From: Elusimicrobia bacterium GWC2_64_44
GTDB taxonomy: Bacteria; Elusimicrobiota; Elusimicrobia; Elusimicrobiales; UBA9959
DNA: 64,000 nt
Direction of reading: 5' to 3'
Assembly (NCBI GenBank): GCA_001799845.1
Contig: MGUG01000044.1
Location: 20-64,019, forward strand
The notes under the pieces are model-generated. The model was not told the origin of the DNA. It did not search any database and saw only the letters and a list, made by a program, of their open reading frames with translations. Position numbers and translations under genes: made by a program. The first letter of the stretch is position 1. The number at the start of each line of letters is the position of its first letter. Below, piece after piece: positions 44,753 through 53,902 of the stretch.

Positions 44753-47016
44753 TCTATATGGAAACGCCCGACCAGGAAACACTTAACCAGGACGGCGACC
44801 CGTACGCGCCCGAATACGGCAAGTACGAGCTGTCCTACCCGGAGCTCTGCTCCGAGTTCCTGACGGCGCTCGCGAAGTCCGTCAAGAACGCGGCCCTCTA
44901 CGGCCTGGCCCACCCGCTGGTGATAGAGGCCGTGCGCAAGGACGCCTCGCTGCTGGGCCTGATCTTCAGGGCCAAGAAAGAAGAGTCGCTGACCGTCTCG
45001 TTCATGAACGACGCCTGGCTCTTCAACGAGACCGCCGTCCCGGCGGTGACGCAGGAATCGCAGAACATGAACGCCTTCTTCAAGGCCCGCCGCATTACCG
45101 GGCTCACCTTCCTGGCCGGCATCCAGTCTTTCGAGCTCGCCGCTCTCTGTGAATTCCTCGCCGCTCCGGCCAAGAACCGCCCCGATAACTTCATGGAGGA
45201 GTTTTTCGCAGGCAAAGGGGTCACCAACATCAAAGCCGAGGCCGTGCGCTACGTCAAAGAAGGCGGCTTCGCCAGGCAGGACCCCTACAGGGCCGCCCAG
45301 GAGGCGCACGAACAGGCCCGACAGCAGGCTCCCGCGCGGGAGCCGGTCAGAGCGGCCCAGGCGGCGCGCCCTGCCCCGCTGCAGCAGCGGCCCGCGCCAG
45401 CGCCGCAGCCCCGCCCGGCGCCACAGGCCCGGCCGGCCCCGGCCCCCCAGCCCCGGCCGCAGCAGCCCGCGCAGCAGCGCCCGGCGCGCTTCGAAGAATT
45501 AAAAAGAGCGGCGGCGCAGCCTGTACAGGCCGCCATCCAGCAGGCTCCCAGGCCGGCCGCTGCCCCCCAGCGGCCTGCCCTCCAGCCTGCGCCGGCCAAG
45601 CCGGCCCCCACGGCGGCCGCCGCGCTATTCGGCGCGGGGACAGGCTCCGGCGGCGGTTCCGGCAAAGGCAGTGGCAGGGGGTCCGGAGGCGCGGGAGACG
45701 CGCTCTTCGGCTCGCCGGCGCCCGCGCCTGCGCCCTCCCCGGAACCCGAGCCGGCCGCGCAGCCCAGCGCGCTGGCCGCCATGAGCTTCGGCGGCATCCT
45801 GAAGGGCCTGGTGGAATCCGCCGTGAAGGATCCCAAGGACCGCGTGCGCGCCTACGAAGACGCCATGAAGATGATCAAGGATACGATGGAGCAGCAGATA
45901 GCCGACTCCACCAAGGCGATAGCGGCCGAGAAAGAGCAGGCCATCAAGACCCGCAGCCGCACCGAGCAGGTACTGTCCCACGTGGCGGAAGGCAAGGTCA
46001 TCGTGGACAAGCAGGGCAAGATCCTGATGATGAACCCGGCCGCCGAGGAGATAGCCGGCACCAAGCTCGCCGACGCCGTGGGCCGGCATATCTCGGAGCA
46101 CATGCGCCCCGGGGAGCATTTCCTGACCCTGTCCAAGGACATGGACCTCACCGGCAACAACCAGCTCTCCGGCGAGGTGAACCAGCAGGGCGACGAGCAC
46201 ATGGGCCGCGCGCTGCGCCGCTCCATGGCTTTGCTGGAAGACGACGAGGGCCGCGTGCTGGGCACCTACACCACGCTGCCAGAGATCAGCAAGTACCGGG
46301 AAGCCCAGAAACTGCAGGAGGAGTTCCTGTCGCGCATCACGCACGACCTGCAGTCGCCGCTGTCCTCCATCACCTCGGCGCTGGAGATGCTCACCGACGC
46401 GGCCGGCAACAAGCTGGACACTACGGAGAACAAGTTCCTGGACATCAGCATCCGCAACAGCCACCGCCTGAGCCAGATGATAAAAGGCATCCTGGACTTC
46501 TCCAAGCTGCAGTCGGGCAAGCTGGACATGCACCCGCAGCCCACGCTGATGGCGCCGATAGTGGCGGAGGCGACCGAAGGCCTGATGCCCTGGGCCAAGA
46601 CCAAGAACATCACGCTGAGCGTCCGGCCCGTACCGGAAGACCTCTCCGCGCTGGCGGACGCGCCGCGCATAGTGCAGGTGCTGACCAACCTGATCTCCAA
46701 CGCCATCAAGGCCACGCCGGAGGGCGGCACCGTCACCGTGGCCGCCGCGTGCAACCCAGGCGAAGAGGGCGGCGTGCTGTTCGGCGTGCGCGACACCGGG
46801 CACGGCATTCCCAAGGAAGACCTGGACAAGCTCTTCCACAAGTTCGTGCAGCTCTCGTCCTACGACACGCAGGAGGGCGTGGGCCTGGGGCTTGCGATAG
46901 TCAGCGATTTCGTGAAGCTGCACGGCGGCAGGGTGTGGGTGGAGAGCGAAGAGGGCAAAGGCGCCACCTTCTACTTCACGCTGCAGCCCGCCGATGCGTC
47001 CTGCCCCGTTTTCTAA
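44749..47016 (+). CDS. Cytoplasmic sensor histidine kinase (unknown N-terminal domain, P/A/Q-rich linker, PAS, HisKA, HATPase_c)
   Basis: The GTG at 44749 overlaps the upstream stop (an alternative ATG lies at 44758). H-box ITHDLQSPL, N-box NLISNAIKAT, G-boxes RDTGHGI and GVGLGLAI. PAS-like GKVIVDKQGKILMMNPAAEEI. No TM helix seen. Confidence 0.85.
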   Translation: MIYMETPDQETLNQDGDPYAPEYGKYELSYPELCSEFLTALAKSVKNAALYGLAHPLVIEAVRKDASLLGLIFRAKKEESLTVSFMNDAWLFNETAVPAVTQESQNMNAFFKARRITGLTFLAGIQSFELAALCEFLAAPAKNRPDNFMEEFFAGKGVTNIKAEAVRYVKEGGFARQDPYRAAQEAHEQARQQAPAREPVRAAQAARPAPLQQRPAPAPQPRPAPQARPAPAPQPRPQQPAQQRPARFEELKRAAAQPVQAAIQQAPRPAAAPQRPALQPAPAKPAPTAAAALFGAGTGSGGGSGKGSGRGSGGAGDALFGSPAPAPAPSPEPEPAAQPSALAAMSFGGILKGLVESAVKDPKDRVRAYEDAMKMIKDTMEQQIADSTKAIAAEKEQAIKTRSRTEQVLSHVAEGKVIVDKQGKILMMNPAAEEIAGTKLADAVGRHISEHMRPGEHFLTLSKDMDLTGNNQLSGEVNQQGDEHMGRALRRSMALLEDDEGRVLGTYTTLPEISKYREAQKLQEEFLSRITHDLQSPLSSITSALEMLTDAAGNKLDTTENKFLDISIRNSHRLSQMIKGILDFSKLQSGKLDMHPQPTLMAPIVAEATEGLMPWAKTKNITLSVRPVPEDLSALADAPRIVQVLTNLISNAIKATPEGGTVTVAAACNPGEEGGVLFGVRDTGHGIPKEDLDKLFHKFVQLSSYDTQEGVGLGLAIVSDFVKLHGGRVWVESEEGKGATFYFTLQPADASCPVF

Positions 47017-47025
47017 GGGCGGCGC

Positions 47026-48033
47026 TCAGGGCTCGCAGATGGTGCGGTCGAAGCGGATCTCGGAGTTCTCCCCGACGTTAAGCTGGTCCTTGCGCCCTAT
47101 CACCGTGGCGCTGGGGCCCACCAGCGAGCCGCCCAGGTTGATGTTCCTGATCTGGGCGTTCTCGTTGACTATGGAGTCGGAGATGATGGAGGAATCTATC
47201 CTGGCCCCGTCGCCGATGGAGGCGTAGGGCCCGACGATGGAGTTCTCCACCCGCGCCGTGGGCGAGATGTAGACCGGCGGGATGATGAGCGAGTTCTTGG
47301 CCTTGGGCGAGAACTTCTTCTTGTCGAGGATATGGCGGTTGGTCTCCAGCAGGGTCTCGGGCTTGCCGCAGTCGTACCAGCCTTCTATCGGCACGGGCCT
47401 GAGCTTGTGCCCACCCTTCACCAGCAGCGACAGCGCGTCGGTGAACTGGATCTCGCCCTTGGTGGTGCGGCCGGATTCCACCAGGCGTTCCAGGCTGTTG
47501 TAGAGCAGCGCCGAGTTGCGGAAAGAATAGATGCCGACGATGGCCAGGTTGGTCTTCGGGTGCTCGGGCTTCTCGACCATGGCCGAGATATAGCCGCCCT
47601 TGGTCTCCACCACGCCGAAGCGGCGCGGGTCCGCCACTTCCTTCACGGCGATGCAGTCCTCTTTGGAAGTCAGGAACTTGGAGAGGTCGGCGTCGAGCAC
47701 GGTGTCGCCCAGCATCACCACCACCGGGCCGCTCACGGCGCGGCGCGTCAGCCAGATGGCGTGGCCCAGGCCCTTCTGCTCGGCCTGCTCTACGTAAGAG
47801 ACCTCCAGGCCTTTGTAATTCTTCGCCACGTACTCGCGGATCTTCTCGCCCAGGTAGCCCACCACCAGGCAGACCTTCTTGATGCCGGCGCCGGAGAGGT
47901 CGTCGAGGATATGGCCTATGATCGGCTTGTCGCCCACGGTCAGCAGCACCTTGGGATAGGTGTGCGTGTGCGGCCGCAGCCGCGTCCCCGTTCCCGCCAC
48001 CGGCACCACCGCTGTAAATTCGATTTTAGCCAT
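47026..48033 (-). CDS. Sugar-phosphate nucleotidyltransferase with C-terminal left-handed beta-helix
   Basis: VPVAGTGTRLRPHTHTYPKVLL (the GxGTRL motif). Hexapeptide repeats at the C-terminus. Confidence 0.8.
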   Translation of the reverse strand: MAKIEFTAVVPVAGTGTRLRPHTHTYPKVLLTVGDKPIIGHILDDLSGAGIKKVCLVVGYLGEKIREYVAKNYKGLEVSYVEQAEQKGLGHAIWLTRRAVSGPVVVMLGDTVLDADLSKFLTSKEDCIAVKEVADPRRFGVVETKGGYISAMVEKPEHPKTNLAIVGIYSFRNSALLYNSLERLVESGRTTKGEIQFTDALSLLVKGGHKLRPVPIEGWYDCGKPETLLETNRHILDKKKFSPKAKNSLIIPPVYISPTARVENSIVGPYASIGDGARIDSSIISDSIVNENAQIRNINLGGSLVGPSATVIGRKDQLNVGENSEIRFDRTICEP

Positions 48034-48060
48034 AGAGCACCTCTTTAAGGATTATAGAAT

Positions 48061-49290
48061 TTAGTCCACCGTCATCTGGCGGTAGACTTCTTTGTAGTCG
48101 GGCGGGGACTTCAGGCCGGCCCTGGCGTATTTTTTAGAGTCCCAGAAATTGGGGCGGGCCTCCGCGCGGCGGTAGTCGGCTCTCGCGTCCAGGCGGCGGC
48201 CCAGCAGGTCCAGGGCCTGCGCGCGCCGCAGGTAGCAGTAGGTCACCCAGCCCTTCGCCGGGTAACCGGTCTTCTCTATGCCCGTAGTGAGCCAGGCCAC
48301 GGCCTCGTCGTAGCGCTTCAGCGCTATCAGGGCGTCGCCGGCGGACAGGTAGATCATGGCAAGCTGCTGCTCCAGGCCTTTCTGAGGCCGCATCTGCCAC
48401 GCGCCCAGGAAGGCCTCGCACTCGGCCAGCACGCCCTGCCAGTCCTCGGCCTGGATATGGGTCATGATCTCGCCCACGCGGAACAGCATGTTGGACGGGT
48501 CCACGGCCTTCAGCTCCGCCGTCTCGGCGTAGGCGGCCTTGAAATCCCCCTCGTGCATGGAGTAGATCTCTATCAGGAAGAAGCGGGCCTCCATCTTGAA
48601 GAAGCGGCCCTTCTCGCGGGCCACCTTGACGTACTCCATGCCGCGCTGGCGGTCACCGCCCACGAACAGTTTGGCGCCGAGGCCCAGCGCGCCCGGCAGC
48701 GTGGCTGCGTAATAGTCGAAGATGCCGAGGCCCAGGTAGGCGTCATAGACGGCGGGGTTGATCTCCACGCATTTCTTGAGGTACTTGCGGCCTTTGCGTC
48801 CGTGCGTGTAGGCGCTCCACCAGCTGCGCTTCACTGCGTACCAACGCCCCTCCAGGCCATAGGCGCTGCCCATGAAGAAGTAGGCCTGGTCCAGGTCGCG
48901 CTCCGCCTCGATGAGGCGCTTGGAGAGCTCTATGGCCTTGTCGGCGTTGACCATGAACTCACGCTCCACCGCGTCCAGCCCGGCCTGGTTGTCGAAATTC
49001 TGCGAATAGCGCCACCAGGCGAGGGCGGCCAGCGCGAAGTAGCCGGCCGGATCTTCCGGAGACAGCCTAACTATTTCCCTGAACTCCCCCTCCGCCTTGT
49101 CGAATTCCAGGCGGTACATCTGGGCTATGCCGCGGTCGTAGCGCTCGTCGGCGCCGCGGCTCAGCGTGAACGGGCGCGTGGAGGCCTTGAGGTCCACCAG
49201 GGCCGGCCCCAGCTCGTCGTCTACGGCCGGCAGGGCCAGGGCCGACGGGGGCACGGAGCAAAGGAGGAGGAGCAGCAGGAGGTTTTTCAT
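48061..49290 (-). CDS. Secreted tetratricopeptide-repeat protein
   Basis: Signal peptide MKNLLLLLLLCSVPPSALA. Repeated TPR-like A/Y/L helices. Confidence 0.6.
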   Translation of the reverse strand: MKNLLLLLLLCSVPPSALALPAVDDELGPALVDLKASTRPFTLSRGADERYDRGIAQMYRLEFDKAEGEFREIVRLSPEDPAGYFALAALAWWRYSQNFDNQAGLDAVEREFMVNADKAIELSKRLIEAERDLDQAYFFMGSAYGLEGRWYAVKRSWWSAYTHGRKGRKYLKKCVEINPAVYDAYLGLGIFDYYAATLPGALGLGAKLFVGGDRQRGMEYVKVAREKGRFFKMEARFFLIEIYSMHEGDFKAAYAETAELKAVDPSNMLFRVGEIMTHIQAEDWQGVLAECEAFLGAWQMRPQKGLEQQLAMIYLSAGDALIALKRYDEAVAWLTTGIEKTGYPAKGWVTYCYLRRAQALDLLGRRLDARADYRRAEARPNFWDSKKYARAGLKSPPDYKEVYRQMTVD

Positions 49291-49298
49291 ATTTTCCT

Positions 49299-49574
49299 TT
49301 ATACCAGCAGCGACACGCCCAGCAGGGCCAGCACCACGAAAGAGGCCAGCGCAAAGTAATATTCTCCGCCGCGCCAGTAGCCGTAGATCAGCATGCCCAC
49401 GCGCGCGGCCGGCGTAAGCAGCAGGGCGAGCAGGCCGGCCTTCAGCAGCGGGGCGCCCGCAGGCGAGCCGGAGAGCGACAGGCCCAGGCCCGCGAGCAGC
49501 AGGAGCAGGCTGAGGAACACGCCGGAGAGCAGCGTGCGCTGTATCAGTTTAGCGAAATCTTTTTCCTGGAACAT
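49299..49574 (-). CDS. Small membrane protein (DUF1634-like), partner of the TauE/SafE permease
   Basis: 91 aa with 3 hydrophobic helices. Abuts the upstream TSUP gene, the usual DUF1634 context. Confidence 0.55.
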   Translation of the reverse strand: MFQEKDFAKLIQRTLLSGVFLSLLLLLAGLGLSLSGSPAGAPLLKAGLLALLLTPAARVGMLIYGYWRGGEYYFALASFVVLALLGVSLLV

Positions 49575-50410
49575 CAGAACGACCTCATCAGCATCTTCAC
49601 CGCCACCACCAGCGTCAGCGCCGAGAAGACCAGCTGCAATTTCTCGGACTTCACCTTGTAGAGGACGTAAATGCCGAGGAAGGACCCGCCCAGCACGCCG
49701 GCCACTATCACCGCCGTCAGTTCCAGCGGCACCAGCCCCTTGCGGAAATAGACATAGGCGCTGGCCGCGGCCGAAACACCGATGATGAAGTTGCTCGTGG
49801 CGGCCGCGGCCTTCATGGGCACGCCGCAGAGCAAATTCATAACCGGCACCTGCACGATGCCCCCGCCGATGCCGAGCAGGCCCGACAGCGAGCCGGCGAA
49901 GAAAGAGACCACCGAGGCGGGAGCCATGTTCTTAACGGCGTAAGGAGTATGGGCGCCGGCCGCCGGGTCGAAGAAGGCCGAGTCGAAGGCGGTCTTGCTC
50001 CCGCCCGCGGGGAGCGCGGCGTGGACGGCTGCCTTGCGCCCCTTCAGGAACATCAGCACGGAGACCGGGAACAGCATCAGCGCGAACAGCAGCTGCAGCA
50101 GTCCGCCCGGCAGTTTGTGGGCGACGAGCGCTCCGGCTATGGACCCCACCGCGGTGGTGACCTCCAGCGTGATGCCGAGGCGGATATTGGCGAGGCCGCG
50201 CTCCACGTTGACCGCGGCCACGGCGCTGGAGGTGGCCACTATGGCCGCGAGCGACGCGGCCACGGCCTGGTGGATGGGGAGGCCCAGCGCGAGCACGAGG
50301 AACGGCACCATGAAGATGCCCCCGCCCACGCCTAGCGCGGAGCCGAGCAGGCCGATGAACACGCCGAAGGCCAGCAGCGCCGTGAAATTGAGGGCGGTCA
50401 GTTCGAACAT
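49574..50410 (-). CDS. TauE/SafE (TSUP) family anion exporter/permease
   Basis: 278 aa and polytopic, with repeated GxGGG motifs (LGVGGGIFMVP, LGIGGGIVQVP). Confidence 0.85.
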   Translation of the reverse strand: MFELTALNFTALLAFGVFIGLLGSALGVGGGIFMVPFLVLALGLPIHQAVAASLAAIVATSSAVAAVNVERGLANIRLGITLEVTTAVGSIAGALVAHKLPGGLLQLLFALMLFPVSVLMFLKGRKAAVHAALPAGGSKTAFDSAFFDPAAGAHTPYAVKNMAPASVVSFFAGSLSGLLGIGGGIVQVPVMNLLCGVPMKAAAATSNFIIGVSAAASAYVYFRKGLVPLELTAVIVAGVLGGSFLGIYVLYKVKSEKLQLVFSALTLVVAVKMLMRSF

Positions 50411-50411
50411 A

Positions 50412-51344
50412 TCAGCCGGCGGCCTGCTCCAGCCCGCGCAGGAAGATATCGGCCTCCGCCTCGCCGATGTCGTAGGCCCTGCCGCACTTGGCCCCGTCGA
50501 ACTCCAGCAGGTTCAGGCCCAGGTCCATCGGCGGCTTTATAAAGTGCACGTCCGGCTCGGACTTCATGAAGACGCGCGACTCGTAGATCTTCTGCGTGTG
50601 GATGGACAGCATCCGGCGCGCCTTGTGCTCGAAATAGCTGAACGGGCCGCTCGAAGGGTAGTTCAGGTCCTCGTCGCGGGAGTTGCCTATCATGATCACG
50701 GTGCGGCAGCCCTCGAACAGGCTCAGGTTGATGGTGGCGATGCCAATCACGCCGCCGTCCACCAGGTGGTACTTGCGGCCGTGCTCCTCCACGTCCACCG
50801 GCGGGAAGATCATCGGGATGGAGCAGCTGGCCATCAGCGCGTCGGTGAAAGAGAGGTTGTGGCTCTGCGTGGAGCCGTCAAAGCGCACGATGTAGGGCAG
50901 CTTCATCTCCACGGCGTGGCTGATGACGTAGAACTTGATGTTGCGCGGGAACTGCGGCCCGCTGCGCGCCAGCCAGCCGTTCAGGAAATCCTTGACCCGC
51001 TCGTTGCTGAACAGCGACAGCCGCGACAGGCGGTTCTGAAAAAAGAAGTTGAGCTTGTTGGAAAAACTGCCGCCGTCCTGCTGGTAGAGCTCCAAAGGTA
51101 TATTAGAGAAGCGCGGCTTCAGGCCCAGGATGTCGGCGGGCTTCATGTTGCGCCAGATCTGGCCCAGCTCGGCGGTCTTGTTGTAGCAGTAGGCCGCGCC
51201 GTTGAGCGAGCCTATGCTGAAACCGGCCACGGCGTCGAAGTGGAGCCCCTGCCTGACCAGCTCGGCCAGCACGCCTGACTGCCACGCGCCCAGCGCGCCG
51301 CCGCCGCATAGAAAAAGACCCACCGGCCTGCGAAATTTAAACAT
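50412..51344 (-). CDS. Patatin-like phospholipase
   Basis: Oxyanion GGGALGAW, nucleophile elbow GFSIGS, and catalytic Asp in VDGGV. Confidence 0.85.
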   Translation of the reverse strand: MFKFRRPVGLFLCGGGALGAWQSGVLAELVRQGLHFDAVAGFSIGSLNGAAYCYNKTAELGQIWRNMKPADILGLKPRFSNIPLELYQQDGGSFSNKLNFFFQNRLSRLSLFSNERVKDFLNGWLARSGPQFPRNIKFYVISHAVEMKLPYIVRFDGSTQSHNLSFTDALMASCSIPMIFPPVDVEEHGRKYHLVDGGVIGIATINLSLFEGCRTVIMIGNSRDEDLNYPSSGPFSYFEHKARRMLSIHTQKIYESRVFMKSEPDVHFIKPPMDLGLNLLEFDGAKCGRAYDIGEAEADIFLRGLEQAAG

Positions 51345-51424
51345 CCGCCTTTATCGCCCCTTTATAAAATAATAGAATATTATTGTAGCAAATGGCGCGC
51401 GCCGCGCCTTGAAAGAGGAAACCT

Positions 51425-52474
51425 ATGTCAGACTACCTGATACTCGCCGGTTTAGCGGTCGTAATGGGCCTCACCCTGGTGCTTCCCTTCTCCGTAAAGC
51501 GGGTCGAGGACGACCTGGAGGCCTTCCTTTTCGTGATGGGCCTGGCGGCCGTCAGCATCTCCGGCCTGTGGAGCCTGCACCTCATCAAAGAGGCGCTGCG
51601 CGAGCCGCTGGCCATAACGGCCGCGGTCGGCATTGTAGGCTGGTTGTTCCGCTCGGTGCGCCGGCACCTCAAGGGCTGGATGGACGCCCTAACGGCGAGA
51701 GTGGGCCTGCCCTGGGCCATCTTCCTCATCGTCGTTTTGCTCGGCCTGGGCTCGAGCGTCTTCACGGCCATAGTCTCGGCCATCATGCTGGCCGAGGTGG
51801 TCACCCTCCTGAAACTTAACCGCGAGTTCGAGATAAAGCTCACGGTCTACGCCTGCTACGCCATCGGCCTGGGCGCGGCCCTCACGCCGCTGGGCGAGCC
51901 GCTCTCCACCATTGTCGTCTCCAAGCTCAAGGGCCCGCCGCACTACGCCGATTTCTTCTACCTGTTCAAGCAGATCGGCGCCTGGGTGATCCCCGGCGTG
52001 CTGCTCTGCGCCGCCATGGCGGCGCACGGCGCGCGGGGCGCCTCGGACAAGAAGGGCGGCCTGCACGAGGACGCTCACGACTCCAACAAGGTCATCCTGG
52101 TCCGCGCCGGCAAAGTCTATATCTTCGTGATGGCGCTGATCTTCCTCGGCTCCGGCCTGACGCCGCTGGCGGAGCGCTTTGTGGCGCAGATGCCTACCTG
52201 GGCCCTCTACTGGGCCAACTCGGTCTCGGCCATCCTCGACAACGCCACCCTGGCCGCGGCCGAGATCGCCCCGATCATGACGGACCGGCAGATCACCTTC
52301 ATCCTGATGGGCCTGCTCATCTCAGGGGGCATGCTGATACCCGGCAATATCCCCAATATCGTGAGCGCGGCCAAGCTCGGCATCAAGTCGCGCGAATGGG
52401 CCAAGGCGGCCCTGCCCTTCGGCGGCGCGCTGATGCTGGTCTATTTCGTACTGATGACCCTGCTGGTGAGATAA
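51425..52474 (+). CDS. Polytopic membrane protein, DUF1646-like putative cation transporter
   Basis: 349 aa with about 10 hydrophobic helices. The N-terminus ...LVLPFSVKRVEDDLEAFLFVMG resembles that family as I remember it. Confidence 0.5.
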   Translation: MSDYLILAGLAVVMGLTLVLPFSVKRVEDDLEAFLFVMGLAAVSISGLWSLHLIKEALREPLAITAAVGIVGWLFRSVRRHLKGWMDALTARVGLPWAIFLIVVLLGLGSSVFTAIVSAIMLAEVVTLLKLNREFEIKLTVYACYAIGLGAALTPLGEPLSTIVVSKLKGPPHYADFFYLFKQIGAWVIPGVLLCAAMAAHGARGASDKKGGLHEDAHDSNKVILVRAGKVYIFVMALIFLGSGLTPLAERFVAQMPTWALYWANSVSAILDNATLAAAEIAPIMTDRQITFILMGLLISGGMLIPGNIPNIVSAAKLGIKSREWAKAALPFGGALMLVYFVLMTLLVR

Positions 52475-52486
52475 AGGAGAACCCTC

Positions 52487-53872
52487 ATGGAATGGAACTG
52501 GAAGACCATAATAGAGCCGTTCAAGATCAAAAGCGTCGAGCCGCTGGGCATCACCACGCGCGAAGAGCGCAAGACCGCGCTGGAGCAGGCGCATTATAAC
52601 CTCTTCAACATCAGGGCCGAGAAGGTGCTGATAGACCTGCTGACCGACTCCGGCACCGGCGCCATGAGCGCGGCGCAGTGGGGCGGCATCATGGTAGGCG
52701 ACGAGTCCTACGCCGGCGCCCGCAGCTACTATAATTTCGAGGCCGAGATAAAGGACCTGACCGGCTTCACCGAGATCATCCCGGTGCACCAGGGCCGCGC
52801 CGCCGAGAAGATCCTGTTCGGCGCGATCGCCGGCAAGGGCAAGTGCATCATCTCCAACTCCCATTTCGACACCACCCGCGCCAACGTGGAGTTTACCGGC
52901 GCGGAGGCCATGGACTTCCCCGCGAAGGGCGCGCTGGACTTCGACAAGCCGGCCCCGTTCAAGGGTAACGCCGACGTGGAGGCGATGGCCAAATTCATCA
53001 AGGAAAGGGGCGCGAAGAACATCCCCCTCTGCGTGATGACCGTCACCAACAACTCGCTCGGCGGGCAGCCGGTCTCGATGGAGAACCTCAAGGCCGTGCA
53101 GGAACTCTGCCGCAAGAACGGCATCCCGATGTTCCTCGACTGCGCCCGCTTCGCCGAGAACGCCTATTTCATCAAGCTTCGCGAGAAAGGCTACGGCGGC
53201 TGCCCGGTGCGCGAGATAGCCGAGCAGATGTTCGAGCTGGCCGACGGGGCGTGGATGAGCTCCAAGAAGGACGCGCTGGTCAACATCGGCGGCTTCCTGG
53301 CCCTCAATAACAAGGAGTGGTCCGCGAAGGCCCGCCAGATGCTCATCCTGACCGAGGGCTTCAACACCTACGGCGGCCTGGCCGGCCGCGACCTGGAGGC
53401 CATAGCGATAGGCCTGCGCGAGGTGCTCGACGAGAATTACCTGCATTACCGCATCCGCTCTTCGGCCTACCTGGGCGAGGGCCTGCTGAAGCACGGCGTG
53501 CCGATCATCAACCCGCCCGGCGGCCACGGCGTATACGTGAACGCCAAGAAGTTCCTGCCGCACATCAAGCCGGCTAACTTCCCGGCCCAGGCCCTGGCCT
53601 GCGCGCTGTACCTGGAAGGCGGCATCCGCGGCGTGGAGATAGGCACGCTGATGTTCGGGCGTCGCGGCAAGGACGGCGTCTACCAGGCGGCCCCGATGGA
53701 GCTGGTGCGCCTGGCCATACCGCGCCGGGTTTACACGCAGAGCCACATCGATTACGTGATAGAGGTTTTCTCCTGGCTGGCCAAGCGCAAGAAGTCGATC
53801 AAGGGCCTGGAGATAGTCGAGGCCCCGGCGATACTGCCGCATTTCACCGCCAAGCTGAAGCTGGCGAAGTAG
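52487..53872 (+). CDS. Beta-eliminating lyase (tryptophanase / tyrosine phenol-lyase family)
   Basis: 461 aa. EPFKIKSVEP, DLLTDSGTGAMS, and the PLP-lysine context SSKKDALVNIGG. Confidence 0.85.
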   Translation: MEWNWKTIIEPFKIKSVEPLGITTREERKTALEQAHYNLFNIRAEKVLIDLLTDSGTGAMSAAQWGGIMVGDESYAGARSYYNFEAEIKDLTGFTEIIPVHQGRAAEKILFGAIAGKGKCIISNSHFDTTRANVEFTGAEAMDFPAKGALDFDKPAPFKGNADVEAMAKFIKERGAKNIPLCVMTVTNNSLGGQPVSMENLKAVQELCRKNGIPMFLDCARFAENAYFIKLREKGYGGCPVREIAEQMFELADGAWMSSKKDALVNIGGFLALNNKEWSAKARQMLILTEGFNTYGGLAGRDLEAIAIGLREVLDENYLHYRIRSSAYLGEGLLKHGVPIINPPGGHGVYVNAKKFLPHIKPANFPAQALACALYLEGGIRGVEIGTLMFGRRGKDGVYQAAPMELVRLAIPRRVYTQSHIDYVIEVFSWLAKRKKSIKGLEIVEAPAILPHFTAKLKLAK

Positions 53873-53902
53873 CGCCGGAAAAAGACCGCAGCGTCACGAC
53901 TT

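Noticed and set aside
50412-51344. The patatin-like phospholipase as a CBASS-type (CapV-like) defence effector.
   Set aside because: There is no adjacent cyclase/nucleotidyltransferase, E1/E2-like or other defence gene. Its neighbours are a TauE permease and a membrane transporter.
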